In this document: positions 1 to 12,500 of the stretch, piece after piece
How positions within the stretch are numbered: position 1 is the first letter of the stretch
Layout: each line of letters begins with the position of its first letter
DNA from: Eledone cirrhosa
Lineage: Eukaryota
Reading direction: 5' to 3'
DNA length: 64,000 nucleotides
Assembly: GCA_964016885.1 (NCBI GenBank)
Contig: OZ024743.1
Span: forward strand, 47,058,001-47,122,000
Notes under the pieces: generated by a model
What the model was told of the DNA's origin: nothing
Database searches by the model: none
What the model saw: the letters and a program-made list of their open reading frames with translations, nothing else
Program-made: the position numbers and the translations under genes

Positions 1-136
1 TGTGTATATACATACATAAATACATACATACATATACACATCACATGCATATGTGTGTGTGTATATGTATATATGTATATATGTATGTATACTGTGTCTG
101 TATTATGACTTTTTCTCCTGTGACTTTTTCTTCCAG

Positions 137-205
137 GATTTGAATAATGAAGTTACTTTATATCTACATTGTGATAGAATAGAAAAAAATAATAAAAAAT
201 ATTAA
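137..205 (+). CDS. possible terminal coding exon of an upstream gene (unidentified)
   Basis: Pyrimidine tract plus ttccag acceptor ending at 136. Phase-0 reading is DLNNEVTLYLHCDRIEKNNKKY*, with AATAAA at 285-290. No homology recognised. Confidence 0.25.
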   Translation, partial: DLNNEVTLYLHCDRIEKNNKKY

Positions 206-393
206 TTCCATGATCCATAAACATATTTCACTTTAATCAATTGTATTTCAATTGTTTTCTTTTACATTTGAGGTTGTTTGTTTGAATAAATGTTATTCTT
301 AAACTTCATATATTTGTTTGTACTTATTATTCCTCACATATTTACTAAATTTCCAATGTTTTACATATTTTTGTATGCTTGCATGGTTTAGAT

Positions 394-426
<33 letters not shown>

Positions 427-589
427 CATACATCTGTAGTGCTTCAGTAAAATGCACCCAGTATATTCTATAAAGTGGTAGTGTTGATGCTACAATAAAA
501 GGCACCTGCTACACTCTGCAAAGTGTTTGGGGTTGAAAAGGGCATTCAGCTGTAGAAACTATGCCCAAACATAATAATGATAATAATGA

Positions 590-820
590 AATTATTGTGT
601 ACAGTGCTCAGGTGCACTACAACTCATCAAAGGTGCATGTAAAGTACATAGAATAATATACAAATGTCAAGGAAGTGAATAGTGTATGAGTCATGATATA
701 CATGTGTGTATGTGTATGGAGGGGGAATATTAGGTGTAGTGTGGCGAATCTCAAGCATGGAGGTTTTAAAGGATGCAGTGTCTCGACAGCTAATAACTGA
801 TGCAGGGAGTTTGTTCAGCA
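590..820 (-). mobile_element. CR1-type LINE 3' end fragment
   Basis: Encodes NKLPASVISCRDTASFKTSML and has the same 3' UTR as the copies at 4127 and 55400. Confidence 0.85.
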
Positions 821-1157
821 ACTCTGAGCATGCATAGCAAGAAAGTGTACTAGCAGGACTTAGTTACCTGATCAATTTGGCTTCAGCATGTGACAGCTGC
901 CTAACCCATGGAAAATAGATGGTAAAATGTGATGATGAGGATGATGATAATGGGAAGGACATGGTCAGATCCAGTTGCTTTGTTGTATTGGATATTGACA
1001 GAATCAAATCTAAATTGTACTATTATCCATCTTAACACTATCCCACATCAACTGTGAGAAGATCACTGCCAGCTTTTAACAAGGGCTAGATATAGTTATT
1101 GCACCTTGACAGCATCTATCTGTTGTAAGTCCAGCAATTGTCATCACATATCAGCTC

Positions 1158-1568
1158 TGATGTCTGGCAACTGACTTGGTAAACACCCACAAAATTATTA
1201 ACCATCTTGCCAACAACAACCCTGAGTACCTTTTTGACTAACACACGTGGGCATGCCTACAAAGTCAGAAAACAGCACAGCTCCCATGACTTTCAGAAAC
1301 ATTTTTTCACGCTCAGAGTTGCTGTAGCATGGAACAAACTCCCTGCATCAGTTATTAGCATCGAGACACTGCATCCTTTAAAACCTCCATGCTTCCTGAG
1401 ATTCGCCAATACTGCACCTGATGTCCCCTCTCCATACACATACACACATGTATATCATGACTCATACACTATTCACTTCCCTGACATTTGTATATTATTC
1501 TATGTACCTATGCACCTTTGATGAGTTGTAGTGCACCTGAGCACTGTACACAATAATTTTATTATTAT
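1158..1568 (+). mobile_element. CR1-type LINE 3' end fragment
   Basis: TRGHAYKVRKQHSSHDFQKHFFTLRVAVAWNKLP motif, 3' UTR and (ATT)n tail. Confidence 0.88.
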
Positions 1569-2867
1569 TTATTATATTTATCACCCTAATATCCCATTTG
1601 TCTCTCTTCTAAGCGTTGACCATGATAAGATACTAAAGTTTAAACCTTGAATGATATCCTATTGCAGTCTGTAAGATGGTGTCTGGAATAATAATGCTCT
1701 GCACATGTTAATAGTTGAAGCAAGCCCAGCTCTACCTTTAGGCCAGGCTTTCACCTAGTGTGCACACTTCTGTGGGGACACAGTTTTATACAAATTTGTA
1801 TAAATAGAATTTTTTTTCAACACACTGATGTGTTTGTGTATATGTGTGTGTGTGTGTGTATGAGTATATGCATGCATTTATATGTATCAATATATAAATA
1901 TAAGCGCACAAACACAGACACACTTACAAAAATACACTCACACATACATTCACACAAATACGCATACATTCACACAAACACACACATACATACACTCACA
2001 CAGTGTAGCAAATGAAATGCCTGCTACTGTTTTGCTATAGTTTTTTCACCATCCCCTTCCTACGCACACATATATTCACCCAAATACACACATTGTGTGA
2101 CAGACAGACGGGAATCGCTCAAATTTATATATAGATTAAATTCAATTAAGTAGATATAATTATTTCCTACAATCAATAAATAAATTGCCACAAAGCAGTG
2201 GTGTAGAAATATCTAAAGTGGCGAAGAGGATGATGTGGTGTTATGACCTGTAACATGAATTGGTGTTGGTGAGAGCAGACTGTGTAGTAGAAAATGCAGG
2301 CTTAGTAATTTTCTTAGTGTGGTTAGATAAAAAGTAGAAAAATTGGGTTTCTCAGTTTGCTAAACTGTAAGTTTAAATTATTTTATCTGTGAAAGGAACT
2401 GCACATAGACGAGCTAGCCTAGAGCACTTATATACAAGGGTATTGGTCTGAGTTGAAGACTTATTGTTGTATTTTCAGTACCCATTCTTTGCAAAGATTC
2501 CATCCCATACATCGTAGAAATAGCAGCTAAATATGGACTAAATAACAGAACCTAATGCCTGAAAAATGCTGGAAAAAGCAGTCAAATTTTCAGCAAATCA
2601 TATAATTAACCATAGTTGAAAATGTAAAAAATAGCAGCCAAATCTAAAAAATTAATTGAAAAATCAAACAAAAAAAACTGCTTTGGAAAATGCTAGAAAT
2701 ACTATATTTTCGTGTTCATGTCAAAAATAAGGAAAATCTATAAATAACTATTTTCAATTTATTAAAATTGAAAGAAATATATAAAAATATTCTAAATTCC
2801 AAACAGACTTATACATGGTCATTCGACCCAAAAGAACTATCAGTCATATCTCCCTTACATTAGTGGT

Positions 2868-2997
2868 AAGAAACTCCCAGGAGAGCTGGACAGAAGGTCT
2901 TCAGAGAAGAAACTCCCAGGAGAGGTGGACAGTAGAAATTTTTCAGAGAAGAAACTCTCAGGAGAGCTGAACAGTAGAAGGTCTTCAGAGAAGAAAC
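2868..2997 (+). repeat. ~40-bp minisatellite, 3 copies
   Basis: Repeated agaaactcccaggagagctggacagtagaaggtcttcagaga. Confidence 0.8.
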
Positions 2998-3049
2998 GCC
3001 ACTCAAGCGAATGTTTCGGCCCTTAAAAAAAGGAACGGCAGATTAGATA

Positions 3050-3233
3050 ATTGTTTCTACTTTAGGCACAAGGCCAGCAATCACCCAGTGCATTACTGGT
3101 ACTTTATTTTATCGACCCCGTAAGGATGAAAGGCAAAGTCAACCTCGGCGGGATTTGAACTCAGATCGTAAAGGGACGTAACTATGCTGGAAAGCATGGC
3201 GTCCAACCCTCTACCGATACTGCCAATCCACCA
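3050..3233 (-). mobile_element. tRNA-derived SINE family A (Meta-domain-like core)
   Basis: Minus strand has A-box-like tggcagtatcggtag, B-box gagttcaaatccc and core gcctttcatccttacggggtcgataaaataaagtaccag. Multi-copy in the window. Confidence 0.8.
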
Positions 3234-3897
3234 CGGCAGATTAGATAATGTATACTAGAAGCGCAGCATATGAATCTAAATGGTTATTTCTGGAAAATAT
3301 CTAGTCATATGTCTACTACATCAGAACTAAAAAGGGTTATCTATGTATGTATGGTCCCGTAACTGCTGAGGGAGTCGTCGGAGCGTCACATTAACATACG
3401 GCGTTTTTAAGGCATTTTAAAACCTGGAAGAGCCCATCCCTTTCCAGGTTTAAACACAGCAGATTTCTTCCAGAGAAGGATAGAGAGTGAGAGAAAGGAA
3501 GTGAGATATAGAGGAAGAATTGACCCTAGTACTAGACTTGTACTTTTTTTTATCAACCATGAATGGATGAAAGGCAAAGTTGACCTCGGAAACAGGGTTA
3601 AAGGAATAACAACTTTCCTACATCATATTCACAACACTGCTATAAATATAAGAGAACGTAGAGTAGTGGACGACTATGAGAGAGATTAGCGGCGCTTATT
3701 CTATCTATATAACTAGTGGTAATATTATAAGATCAGCTTTACAAATACGCATATACAATATTAAATAAGGTGAAAAAAAAATTTAGTGTTGACAAATATA
3801 ATCAACAGTCCAAGGGAAATAACCATTGAAACATAGATACAAAAACCTGTATGATTTATTTCCCTTGAACTGTTGAACTGTTGATAATATAATAATA

Positions 3898-4084
3898 ATT
3901 GTTTCTACTTTTGGCACAAGACCAGCAATTACTTAGTACATTACTGGTACTTTATTTTATCGACCTCGTAAGGATGAAAGGCAAAGTTAACTTCGACGGG
4001 ATTTGAACTCAGACCGTAAAGGGACGTAACTATGCTAGAAAGCATGGCGTCCAACCCTCTACCGGTATTGCCAATTCACCGCCC
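3898..4084 (-). mobile_element. SINE family A copy
   Basis: Close copy of 3050-3233. Confidence 0.8.
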
Positions 4085-4121
4085 TTATAATATAATTGTT
4101 TCTACTTTTGGCACAAGGCCA

Positions 4122-5249
4122 GAATGAAAATATTGTGTACAGTGCTCAGGTGCACTACAACTCATCAAAAAGTGTATGTATAGTACATAGGGTAATGTAC
4201 AAACGTCAGGAAAATGAACAGTGCATGAGTCATAATATACAGATGTGTGCATGTGTATGGAAGGGGTACATCAGGTGTAGTTTTGGCGAATTTCGGGAAG
4301 CATGAGGGTTTTAAAGGATGCAGTGTCTCGGCAGCTAACAACTGACGCAGGCAGTTTGTTCCATGCTTTAGCAACTCTAAGCGTGAAAAAATGTTTCTGA
4401 AACTCATGGAAGCTGTGCTGTTTTCTGATTTTGTAGGCATGTCCACGTGTGTTAGACACATGGAGATAAAAAAAGGTGCTCAGGGTTGTTGTTGGCAAGA
4501 TGGTTAATAACTTTGTGGGTGTTTACCAAGTCCATTGCCAGACGTCGGAGCTTCAATGAATCCATGCCCAGGGAAGAAAGGCGTTCAGAGTATGGTAGGT
4601 GTCTGATGGAGGGTATGCGCTTGGTTGCACGTCTCTGAACAGTTTCCAGGAGGTCAATGTTCTGAGCAAGATAGGGGTTCTAGATTGATGATGCGAATTC
4701 CAAGTGTGGTCGTACCATAGCTGTATACAGCTTTAAATAGATGGCTGGAGAGCGGCTAACAAAGGTCTTGCTGAGTGATGCCAAGACACCCTCGGCCTTC
4801 TTGACAATCTTAGAGACATGCTTTGTCCAACGCAAATCGCTGCTGACAGTAATGCCCAGGTCACGTTCACAAGAGGACTTCTTGATATCAGTGTTGTGGA
4901 GGGAGTATGTGGACGCTGGATTTTTCCTCCCAAAATGCATGGTGGTACACTTGTCCACAGCCAGCTTCAGTTGCCAGTCTGTGATCCATTGCTGCATTGT
5001 GTCCAGGTCTGATTGTAGGCAAGAGTTGTAGATTTCAGGATCTGTCCTTTTTATCTCAAGGTACAGCTTGATGTCATCTGCGTACTTTAGTACTGTGGCA
5101 TTCTTTAAGTTGGCATCTATGTCATTAATATATGCCACAAACAAAAGGGGGCCAAGAACAGATCCCTGTGGTACACTAGATGACATCTCATATGGTGAGG
5201 AATGCTGTCCCAGAACCGTGACTACCTCTCTTCGACTGAGAATGAAGGA
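4122..5249 (-). mobile_element. 5'-truncated CR1-type LINE (RT C-terminal half plus 3' UTR)
   Basis: VPQGSVLGPLLF, KYADDIKLY, VRPHLEFA and TRGHAYK motifs in ORFs 4680..5303 and 4165..4461; frameshifted. Confidence 0.93.
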
Positions 5250-5255
5250 CTTCAA

Positions 5256-5605
5256 TCCTTCATTCTCAGTCGAAGAGAGGAAGTCACGGTTCTGGGACAG
5301 CATTCCTCACCATATGAGATGTCATCTGGTGTACCACAGGGATCTGTTCTTGGCCCCCTTTTGTTTGTGGTATATATTAATGACATAGATGCCAACTTAA
5401 AGAATGCCACAGTACTAAAGTACGCAGATGACATCAAGCTGTACCTTGAGATAAAAAGGACAGATCCTGAACACTATAGATCTTGCTTGCAGTCTGACCT
5501 GGACACAATGCAACAATGGATCTCAGACTGGCAACTCAAACTAGCTGTGGACAAGTGCACCACCATGCATTTTGGGAGTAAAAACCCAGCGTCCACATAC
5601 TCCCT
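5256..5605 (+). mobile_element. CR1-type LINE RT fragment, head-to-head with the 4122-5249 copy
   Basis: ORF 5202..5627 has GVPQGSVLGP and YADD. It is an inverted counterpart of 4900-5249. Confidence 0.9.
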
Positions 5606-6269
5606 ACGTAGTCATTCGATTTGCTAGAAAACGAAGCCAAATCTCCCTCGAGAAATAACAGCCATGCTCATACTGTTTTTAGAATTATACTCCTACTGTT
5701 ATAAAAATTGCAAGCAGCATCAAACAAATCCCTCCTTCCCCTAAAAAAACCTAGATTTAAATGATTTAGAAAATGCTAGAAATAACAACTAAACCCCACT
5801 TGAATCATACACAATGTACATTTCCCCCCGAAATATATATTTAAAGCCTAGGAGATCTCGATTAAGAAAAATAAATCATTTTATCTCCTACACCTCCCGC
5901 TTCCTTCTCTTTTTAATTTTTAACTTTTCAAAAACTTTTTTTCTTCTGAAATATGTTCTAATCATAAATTTCAACACTCAAGTTGATGACATAAGTGATC
6001 TTAATATATATTTATGGAGTAGCTTTTTTAAAACATATATTTACGTTTTTTAAGACAAAATATTTTAATTTTTATATCATTCAGTGAACATTTCTGTGAA
6101 AATTATTTACAGAGATAAGGTAAGATCGATGATTTTTCAATCAACTAATTTGTTTTGTGTAATTTATTTTACTTCCTCTTTCCGTTTAGTTGAAAATTGT
6201 GGGGAATTTTAAAGTGATTTCTTTTATTTTAATCCCATGCGTGTTACTAGCATATGGTCTGCTTCGCGA

Positions 6270-7190
6270 CGACTATACCTGACTGTCCAGTTGCCTTCCC
6301 TATCTTCATATTCTTAATTATTCTATCAATCGTACCTCTGTCAACTTAGATATTCGGACTCTCTGTTGGATCTTGGAGTAAACCAACTCTTTCTCGTGTA
6401 TTCTAATTCAATAACCTCTTATAATAGCACTTCCACGCCTCATTCTTTTCAGCAGCATTAAGTGCAAGTTATCATTTTACATATAATTCTCTGTAACAAC
6501 GTCTCGATTTTCCCTAGTTCACTGTCTTGCAATCCAGAACACCTCACACATTTGGTCCTCACGTCGTTGAACATGTACAAACATCCTTCTGCTTCTTTTC
6601 TAGCTAACTTTTACCTGACACATCTCTCCTTTTCTGGCTACTTGGTATTTCTTTTTGCGGTCCATTTTCTTCCAGACTTTCCGAGCCTCTCTCATAGTTT
6701 TTATGGCTCTATCAATAATACTGTTTCACCACTACGTCACCATCCATCTGGCTGTAACTTTGGACTCACCGCAAAAAATCCTAGTTTTCATCTGTTACAA
6801 TTCTCTCATCTCTCCTTCTATAATAAGTGCCAAGTAGTATTTCACTAAATTTGTCACCGGCTGAGGTGTTCTCCAAATTGTTTTTTGCTCTATATCCACA
6901 TAGCTCTTACTATCAAGTTACTAATAACTAATCTATGGTGAGTAGTACATTCTTCACATGTCGAAGACATCTGCCTGTTCAGTCACCCCTGAATACCTCA
7001 TTTACTTTATCCACTCTGCTAACACTATGCCAACTCCATTCATCCTTTCGCTATTACCCATAAAGAATCTTGCTTGTGAGGTGTCTAGCTGAGTTTCCTC
7101 TTTATCTTGACTCTGGAATATAGCACACATTCACTCGACTTCACTCCAGCATGTTTACAATTTCTCCTTAAAGTTTTAAACCTGCCAGAA
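6270..7190 (-). mobile_element. old, decayed RTE-type LINE fragment (endonuclease/linker region)
   Basis: Broken frames read ..MNGVGIVLAEW.., EECTTHHRLVISNLIVR and RWMVT*W*NS, matching the RTE at 19655-23283. Confidence 0.65.
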
Positions 7191-7580
7191 AGAGAAAGAG
7201 GTTCCGGTGGTGTGTGAATATTTTAATGTTGGTTCCCAGATGCTCGGGTTTTCAGTTGGTGGGTAGGTTGTGTGACGTTGGATAACTTCTCACACAGTCA
7301 TCTAAGTTATTTCTCATTACTGACACGTTGAAATGAAAGTGAATTGGTGCCGATTCGTTAATTTAATTCCAAACCCATTTTGCGTTGTAAATAAGCTTAA
7401 CAAACATCTAAGCACCCTTAGGTGCATATCTTGATACTTCAGTAAGACGAACCGCCAACACAGACAAAAACTTCGTTGTCGCAGGTTGAAAAATATAATT
7501 TTCTTGTATTGTGATCCAATGATTATTACTGAAATATTAAAACTGTTTGACTTGTTTTCGCGGTCCCGATTAAAAAATAA

Positions 7581-7792
7581 GGCACTACAACGCTATTAGC
7601 CGTCAGTCGAAGCAGTCGATGAAAGCAAAACATCGTTTATTTCCGTATTACTACCACGCGTAAGTGGAATTACTTAAATGAAATTTTTTATTTTCCACGC
7701 GTTTTTTTATTTTTTTTATTAAAGCATATAGATGTAAGTGGAGTTACTTAAATGAAAATATAGGTGGCCCTTAAAAGGGCCAAATTAGAATA
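7581..7792 (+). mobile_element. partial copy of the GGCACTAC-TIR MITE
   Basis: Starts ggcactacaacgctattagc; same body as 8166-8565 and 46676-47260. Confidence 0.7.
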
Positions 7793-7990
7793 TACCGCTG
7801 CGTTTTTACAGTTTTACTAGTTACACATGTAGCAGGAGTTGCCTCCCTTGTTGTGACACTCACATCCCATCTATTCATTGACATGTCAACATTACTGTTC
7901 TATATATCCACAAATTGTTAATTAAATATTATACACACAAATCACGTCTCCTTGTTATATTCATACACACCAGTATTTTGTTATACACAT

Positions 7991-8061
<71 letters not shown>

Positions 8062-8066
<5 letters not shown>

Positions 8067-8143
8067 GGTGTCCCCTCCAAAATATATATAAACTTTGATT
8101 ACTTTGCTGTTGAAGTGTGTATACATTTTTTGGGATACTGTGT
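8062..8143. mobile_element. tiny Tc1/mariner-type MITE
   Basis: Imperfect TIRs tacacggtgtccc..aaaatatatataaactt and aagtgtgtatacattttttgggatactgtgt, set in a TA context. Confidence 0.5.
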
Positions 8144-8165
8144 TTGTATATATATATATATATAT

Positions 8166-8565
8166 GGCACTACAACGCTATTAGCTGTCAGTCCAGTGGA
8201 AAACAGGCGAAGGTGACGTCACTCGTCAACATCGTTTATTTCCGTATTACTACCACGCGTAAGTGGAGTTTTCACGCGTTTTTTTTTAGAGAAAGAGGGA
8301 AGAGGAGAGATAGGGAAGACATAAAAGGGCCAAATTAGAAAACAAATAGAAAACAAGTCATGGTTATAAAGCATATCGATGTAAGTGGAGTGACTTAAAT
8401 GAAAATATAGGTGGCCCTTAAAAGGGCCAAATTAGAAAACAAATTTAAGTTAATTAGAAAACAAGTCATGGTTATCAATGTAGAAAACAAGTCATTCATA
8501 AATTTAAGTTTTATAATCAATTTTTTTTCACCAACAAATATGACAGCTAATAGCGTTGTAGTGCC
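8166..8565. mobile_element. MITE with 25-bp TIRs (superfamily uncertain; GG termini as in Merlin)
   Basis: GGCACTACAACGCTATTAGCTGTCA at 8166 and its exact reverse complement at 8541-8565. No TSD seen. Confidence 0.8.
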
Positions 8566-8600
8566 CGCAATTCTGTATCTTTACGTATATTGCGCATAGA

Positions 8601-8720
8601 TACGAGGGTTGACAAAGATACTCTCATGGAATGTGACCAAATGAGGTTTATTTTTCAACATAGTCTCCCTTGCGTTCCACACACTTCTTCCATCGGTGTT
8701 GCAGTACTGAGATCAATGCT
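8601..8720 (-). mobile_element. mariner transposon 3' end remnant
   Basis: TA|CGAGGG terminus at 8601 and the mariner C-terminal peptide QHRWKKCVERKGDYVEK* (ORF 8648..8833). Confidence 0.8.
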
Positions 8721-9581
8721 TTCCTCGGTAGTGGCAGTTGTAGGACGTCAAGACATTGAGTCATCTTCAAGAATCCCCTATCCTTTCCTAAATTCGGCTG
8801 CCCACTTTTGCACAAAGGAAAATTGTGGTACAATATTGTAAGGTCTGCTTATAGCATTATCCATCTTTCAAAAATGAAAGTCCACATTTCGTCGACTTCA
8901 ATACATTTTATTACATTTTATTGTATTGTAAACATTAACTTTTATGGACATTTTATTACAAAATTTCAATTTAGTTCGATTTTTTGGAATTTATTTAACA
9001 AACATGGAAATATAAGAAAAAGAATAAAATAAAAAATAATTTGATTGCCTTTAATAAAGAAGATAAATAGAGTGGAACTGATTTCCAGGTCATACTAATG
9101 AAACACGGTTTTTTCCATTACTGATATTATCTGTCTGCCGCAAGTCCTGGTAGAAGATGCTACACGAACTAAAGTATTTTACTGAAGGACACAACATGCT
9201 GCAGGATCGAAGAAAGGAGCCCATGACTTTATAATGGTTAGTCCAGTACCGTAACCCCTAAGGCATGTGCCTTCACAGAGGAAAGGTAAATCATATTATA
9301 ACAGATTAGATGGGTACTATGTTAGATATTACTATGTGTCATATTATACCAAAGAGGAAGTGTGCTGTATAATAAACATTGATATCAGGTTGATTCAATA
9401 ACAACTCGGTCCCAAATATGAACCCATGAACTTATGGTCGTCAGTCAAACACTTTAACCATTGTATGTATGTATGTATACACGTATGGATGGATGGATGG
9501 ATGTATGTATGTGTGTATACATGTATGGATGGATGGATGCATGTATGTATACATGTATATATGTAAGTATGTATGCGTGTA

Positions 9582-12500
9582 TGAGAACAACTGGAAGGAC
9601 TTCAAGAGCTCGGTCTATGAGGCTTCAGCAGAGGTCCTTGGCTTTGTCACAAGAAAACAAGGACTGGTTTGATGAGAATGACCAGGAGGTCAAGGCTCTG
9701 CTAGACAGAAAACAAAAGGCACTTGATGCAGTTCTTAAAGGTGGTAGCTCTGTTGGTGACAATTATGAGCGTTACAGACAGGTAAAGAAGGAAGTGCAGG
9801 TGAAACTCAGGGCTATGCAAAATACCTGGTGGAGCAACAAAGCAGATGAAGTTCAAGTGGCATCTGACGGCAACAATGTGAAACTGCCGCACTTTCTACT
9901 CACAGAGGTGTATGGCCCTTTCAGCGCTCCAGTGGCCCCTTTGAGATCGAAAGATGTCAAGCAATTACTGCGCGACCCAAAAGACACTCGACAGATAGAG
10001 AGATCACTTTGATGAGCTCTTAAACCAGCCATCCCAGGTTGATGATGATTTTATTTGTTCCATTCCTATTGAACCAGTGAAGCATATGAGATGGCTAATG
10101 TATCTTCTCTTGTAGAGGGGACTTCTGTTGTGCATAAGCTGAACTGTGGTAAGTCTCCTGGTATGGATGGTCTGAGTGGAGCGGTTTTGAAGTGTGGTGG
10201 TGAAAACTTCACGCAGCGCCTGACTGACCTCATGAAAATGGTGTGGGAAGATGAGAATGTCCCACAAGAAGGATGCGCTCATGGTGATTCTCCATAAAGG
10301 AAAGGACGGCAAGGACAAATGTGGCAATTATCATGTCATATCCCTTCTTTCAGTAGTTGGTAAAGTCGTGTCGAATATTGGTGGATAGATTGATCCCAAG
10401 AGTTGCTCTGAATGTGTTGCCTGAGTCGCAGTGTGGGTTCAGAAACGAAAGAGGAACAGTGGATATGATTGTTTCTGCTCGGCAGCTGCAAGAAAAGTGT
10501 ATCGAACAATGTATGGACCTTTACCAGGTCTTTGTTGACTTGACAAAGGCCTTTGAAACTGTCAATCGAACTGCGTTGTGGAAGAAAAATCCAAGGTAGG
10601 GTAGAAAATTCTGCATCTTTTCCATGATGACATGAAGGCTTTGGTCAGTATTGGTGGTAGCATCTCTAAACCAATATCAGTTGAAAATGGAGTGAAGCAG
10701 AGGGACATTCCGGCTCCAACTCTGTTTTCCTTATATTTTACGATAGTGTTTCTCATGGCATTCAAATATTGTTCTCATGGGGTTTACATCAGGTATCGCA
10801 CTTCAGGAAGGTTGTTCAACACCAGGCGCTTTGGTACAAGCACAAAGGTATTAACATCTATAATCCGAGAGTTTTTGTATGCAGACGACTGCCATCTTTT
10901 TGCACATGTAGTGACCTACATTCCGCGGGCTCACATACATTCTCTGTGCGTGATTTGGCTCAGCTCAGCCAATCAGCGCCAGTAGAAGAGGATGTATCCC
11001 TACGCGTCCTGAGGGAGAAATTTCCCGCGAAGATTTGAAGAATCTTCCTCTCGCACCAGGAACTTCAAACAAGCAACACAACCTTATGTCACACAAGGTG
11101 GCAGGACGGTAAAATGGCCACGAAAACTCTCAAAAACAATATACATCTAACCCCTAGTGGCATTAACAAACTTCTTTTTCAGTTTTCAGATAGAACTAGT
11201 GTCAGAAAGTCTGTACACTGGTGATGTGTGAACTATTTGACTTTGAAAAACTTTGAACTTATCATTGAGCATTAATTTCTCTGCTCCCTTATATTGACTT
11301 TGAATTATCAGTTTGTTACATTCACATATTTCTTTGTAAAATACATTTACTTGTTTTGTGCTCTTTTGCTATTTGCTTGCTCATGGTTTTTATTCATTCA
11401 CATTCTTTGCTGTTTTACATGCCTGCATATGCACACATTTCTTTGTCACCTACCAACATGTTGTTCTTAGTATATGTTCTTCAAACGTAATATTCTGCGA
11501 GATCCCTTTTCACCTGGTTGAGGTGCCGTCACATGCTGGCGACTCATAGAGCTTAATTCACCTGGATTCAAACAGGCACCGCAACACGAGAATGCTAATT
11601 GCAGCTGAACTCAAACAGTTTCGCATCTCGTTGCACACTCATCGTCCATAACAATCTCCATCTTGTTACCTTACCCGACTCACTGGGAAAACAACAAATA
11701 GAACTGGACTTGTCAGCATTTCCACCACTTTTGTGGATTCGCCCGAGTTATGGAATTTACACTGCAACCCACCTACAGATTCAACTTGCTTTTTTTCTTT
11801 TCAAAGCAACCAGCCATTTTTTCCTGGCTCCCTAGCACATTCGGCAATACATCTGGGAGGCCAACATTTTCTCGCCTACTCATTATCTTCTTGCCAGCAC
11901 TGGTAAACTACCATAATAGCTTCATCCACAGCTACTGGTACAACACTTACCATTAACATTTAATGCAAGAACGGCAACTTCGCCCATGTCAGACTTTATC
12001 CGTTTTCTGTTAGACCTTTGGTGGTCACGTATAAACTACAAAACAGCTAGTCATTTGACACAGCGGCTCAACACGGCCCTTAGCGCCTCATTTTTTTTCT
12101 TGCATGCATCCTTCTGCTCAATTATTTTTTCACTGATGTGCTGTTTCAGCATTTATTCTTGCTGATTCAATAATCTGTATCGACTTCCGTCTAGAAGGGG
12201 AGTATTGTAGTGATCTACATTCCGCGGGCTCACATACATTCTCTGTGCGTGATTTGGCTCAGCTCAGCCAATCAGTGCCAGTAGAAGAGGATGTATCCCT
12301 ACGCGCCCTGAGGGAGAAATTCCCCGCGAAGATTTGAAGAATCTTCCTCTCGCACCAGGAACTTCGAACCAGCAACACGTACATGTGACGGTGAGATTTT
12401 GCACCTTGGCCTGCCGGCTTTCCGGCGCAATGGCACATTCCCTTTTGTAACCTCATTTTATGTGTAACTTCAACCATACAAGTTAACCAACATTATTTAT

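Noticed and set aside
299-2015. Short ORFs rich in YI/CV/HT dipeptides here and throughout the window
   Set aside because: Products of (TA)n, (TG)n and (CA)n microsatellites, or antisense frames of LINEs.
2090-2136. Helitron 5' terminus on the minus strand (TCTATATATAA..gtctgtctgtc)
   Set aside because: No matching CTAG 3' end found, so the extent cannot be defined.
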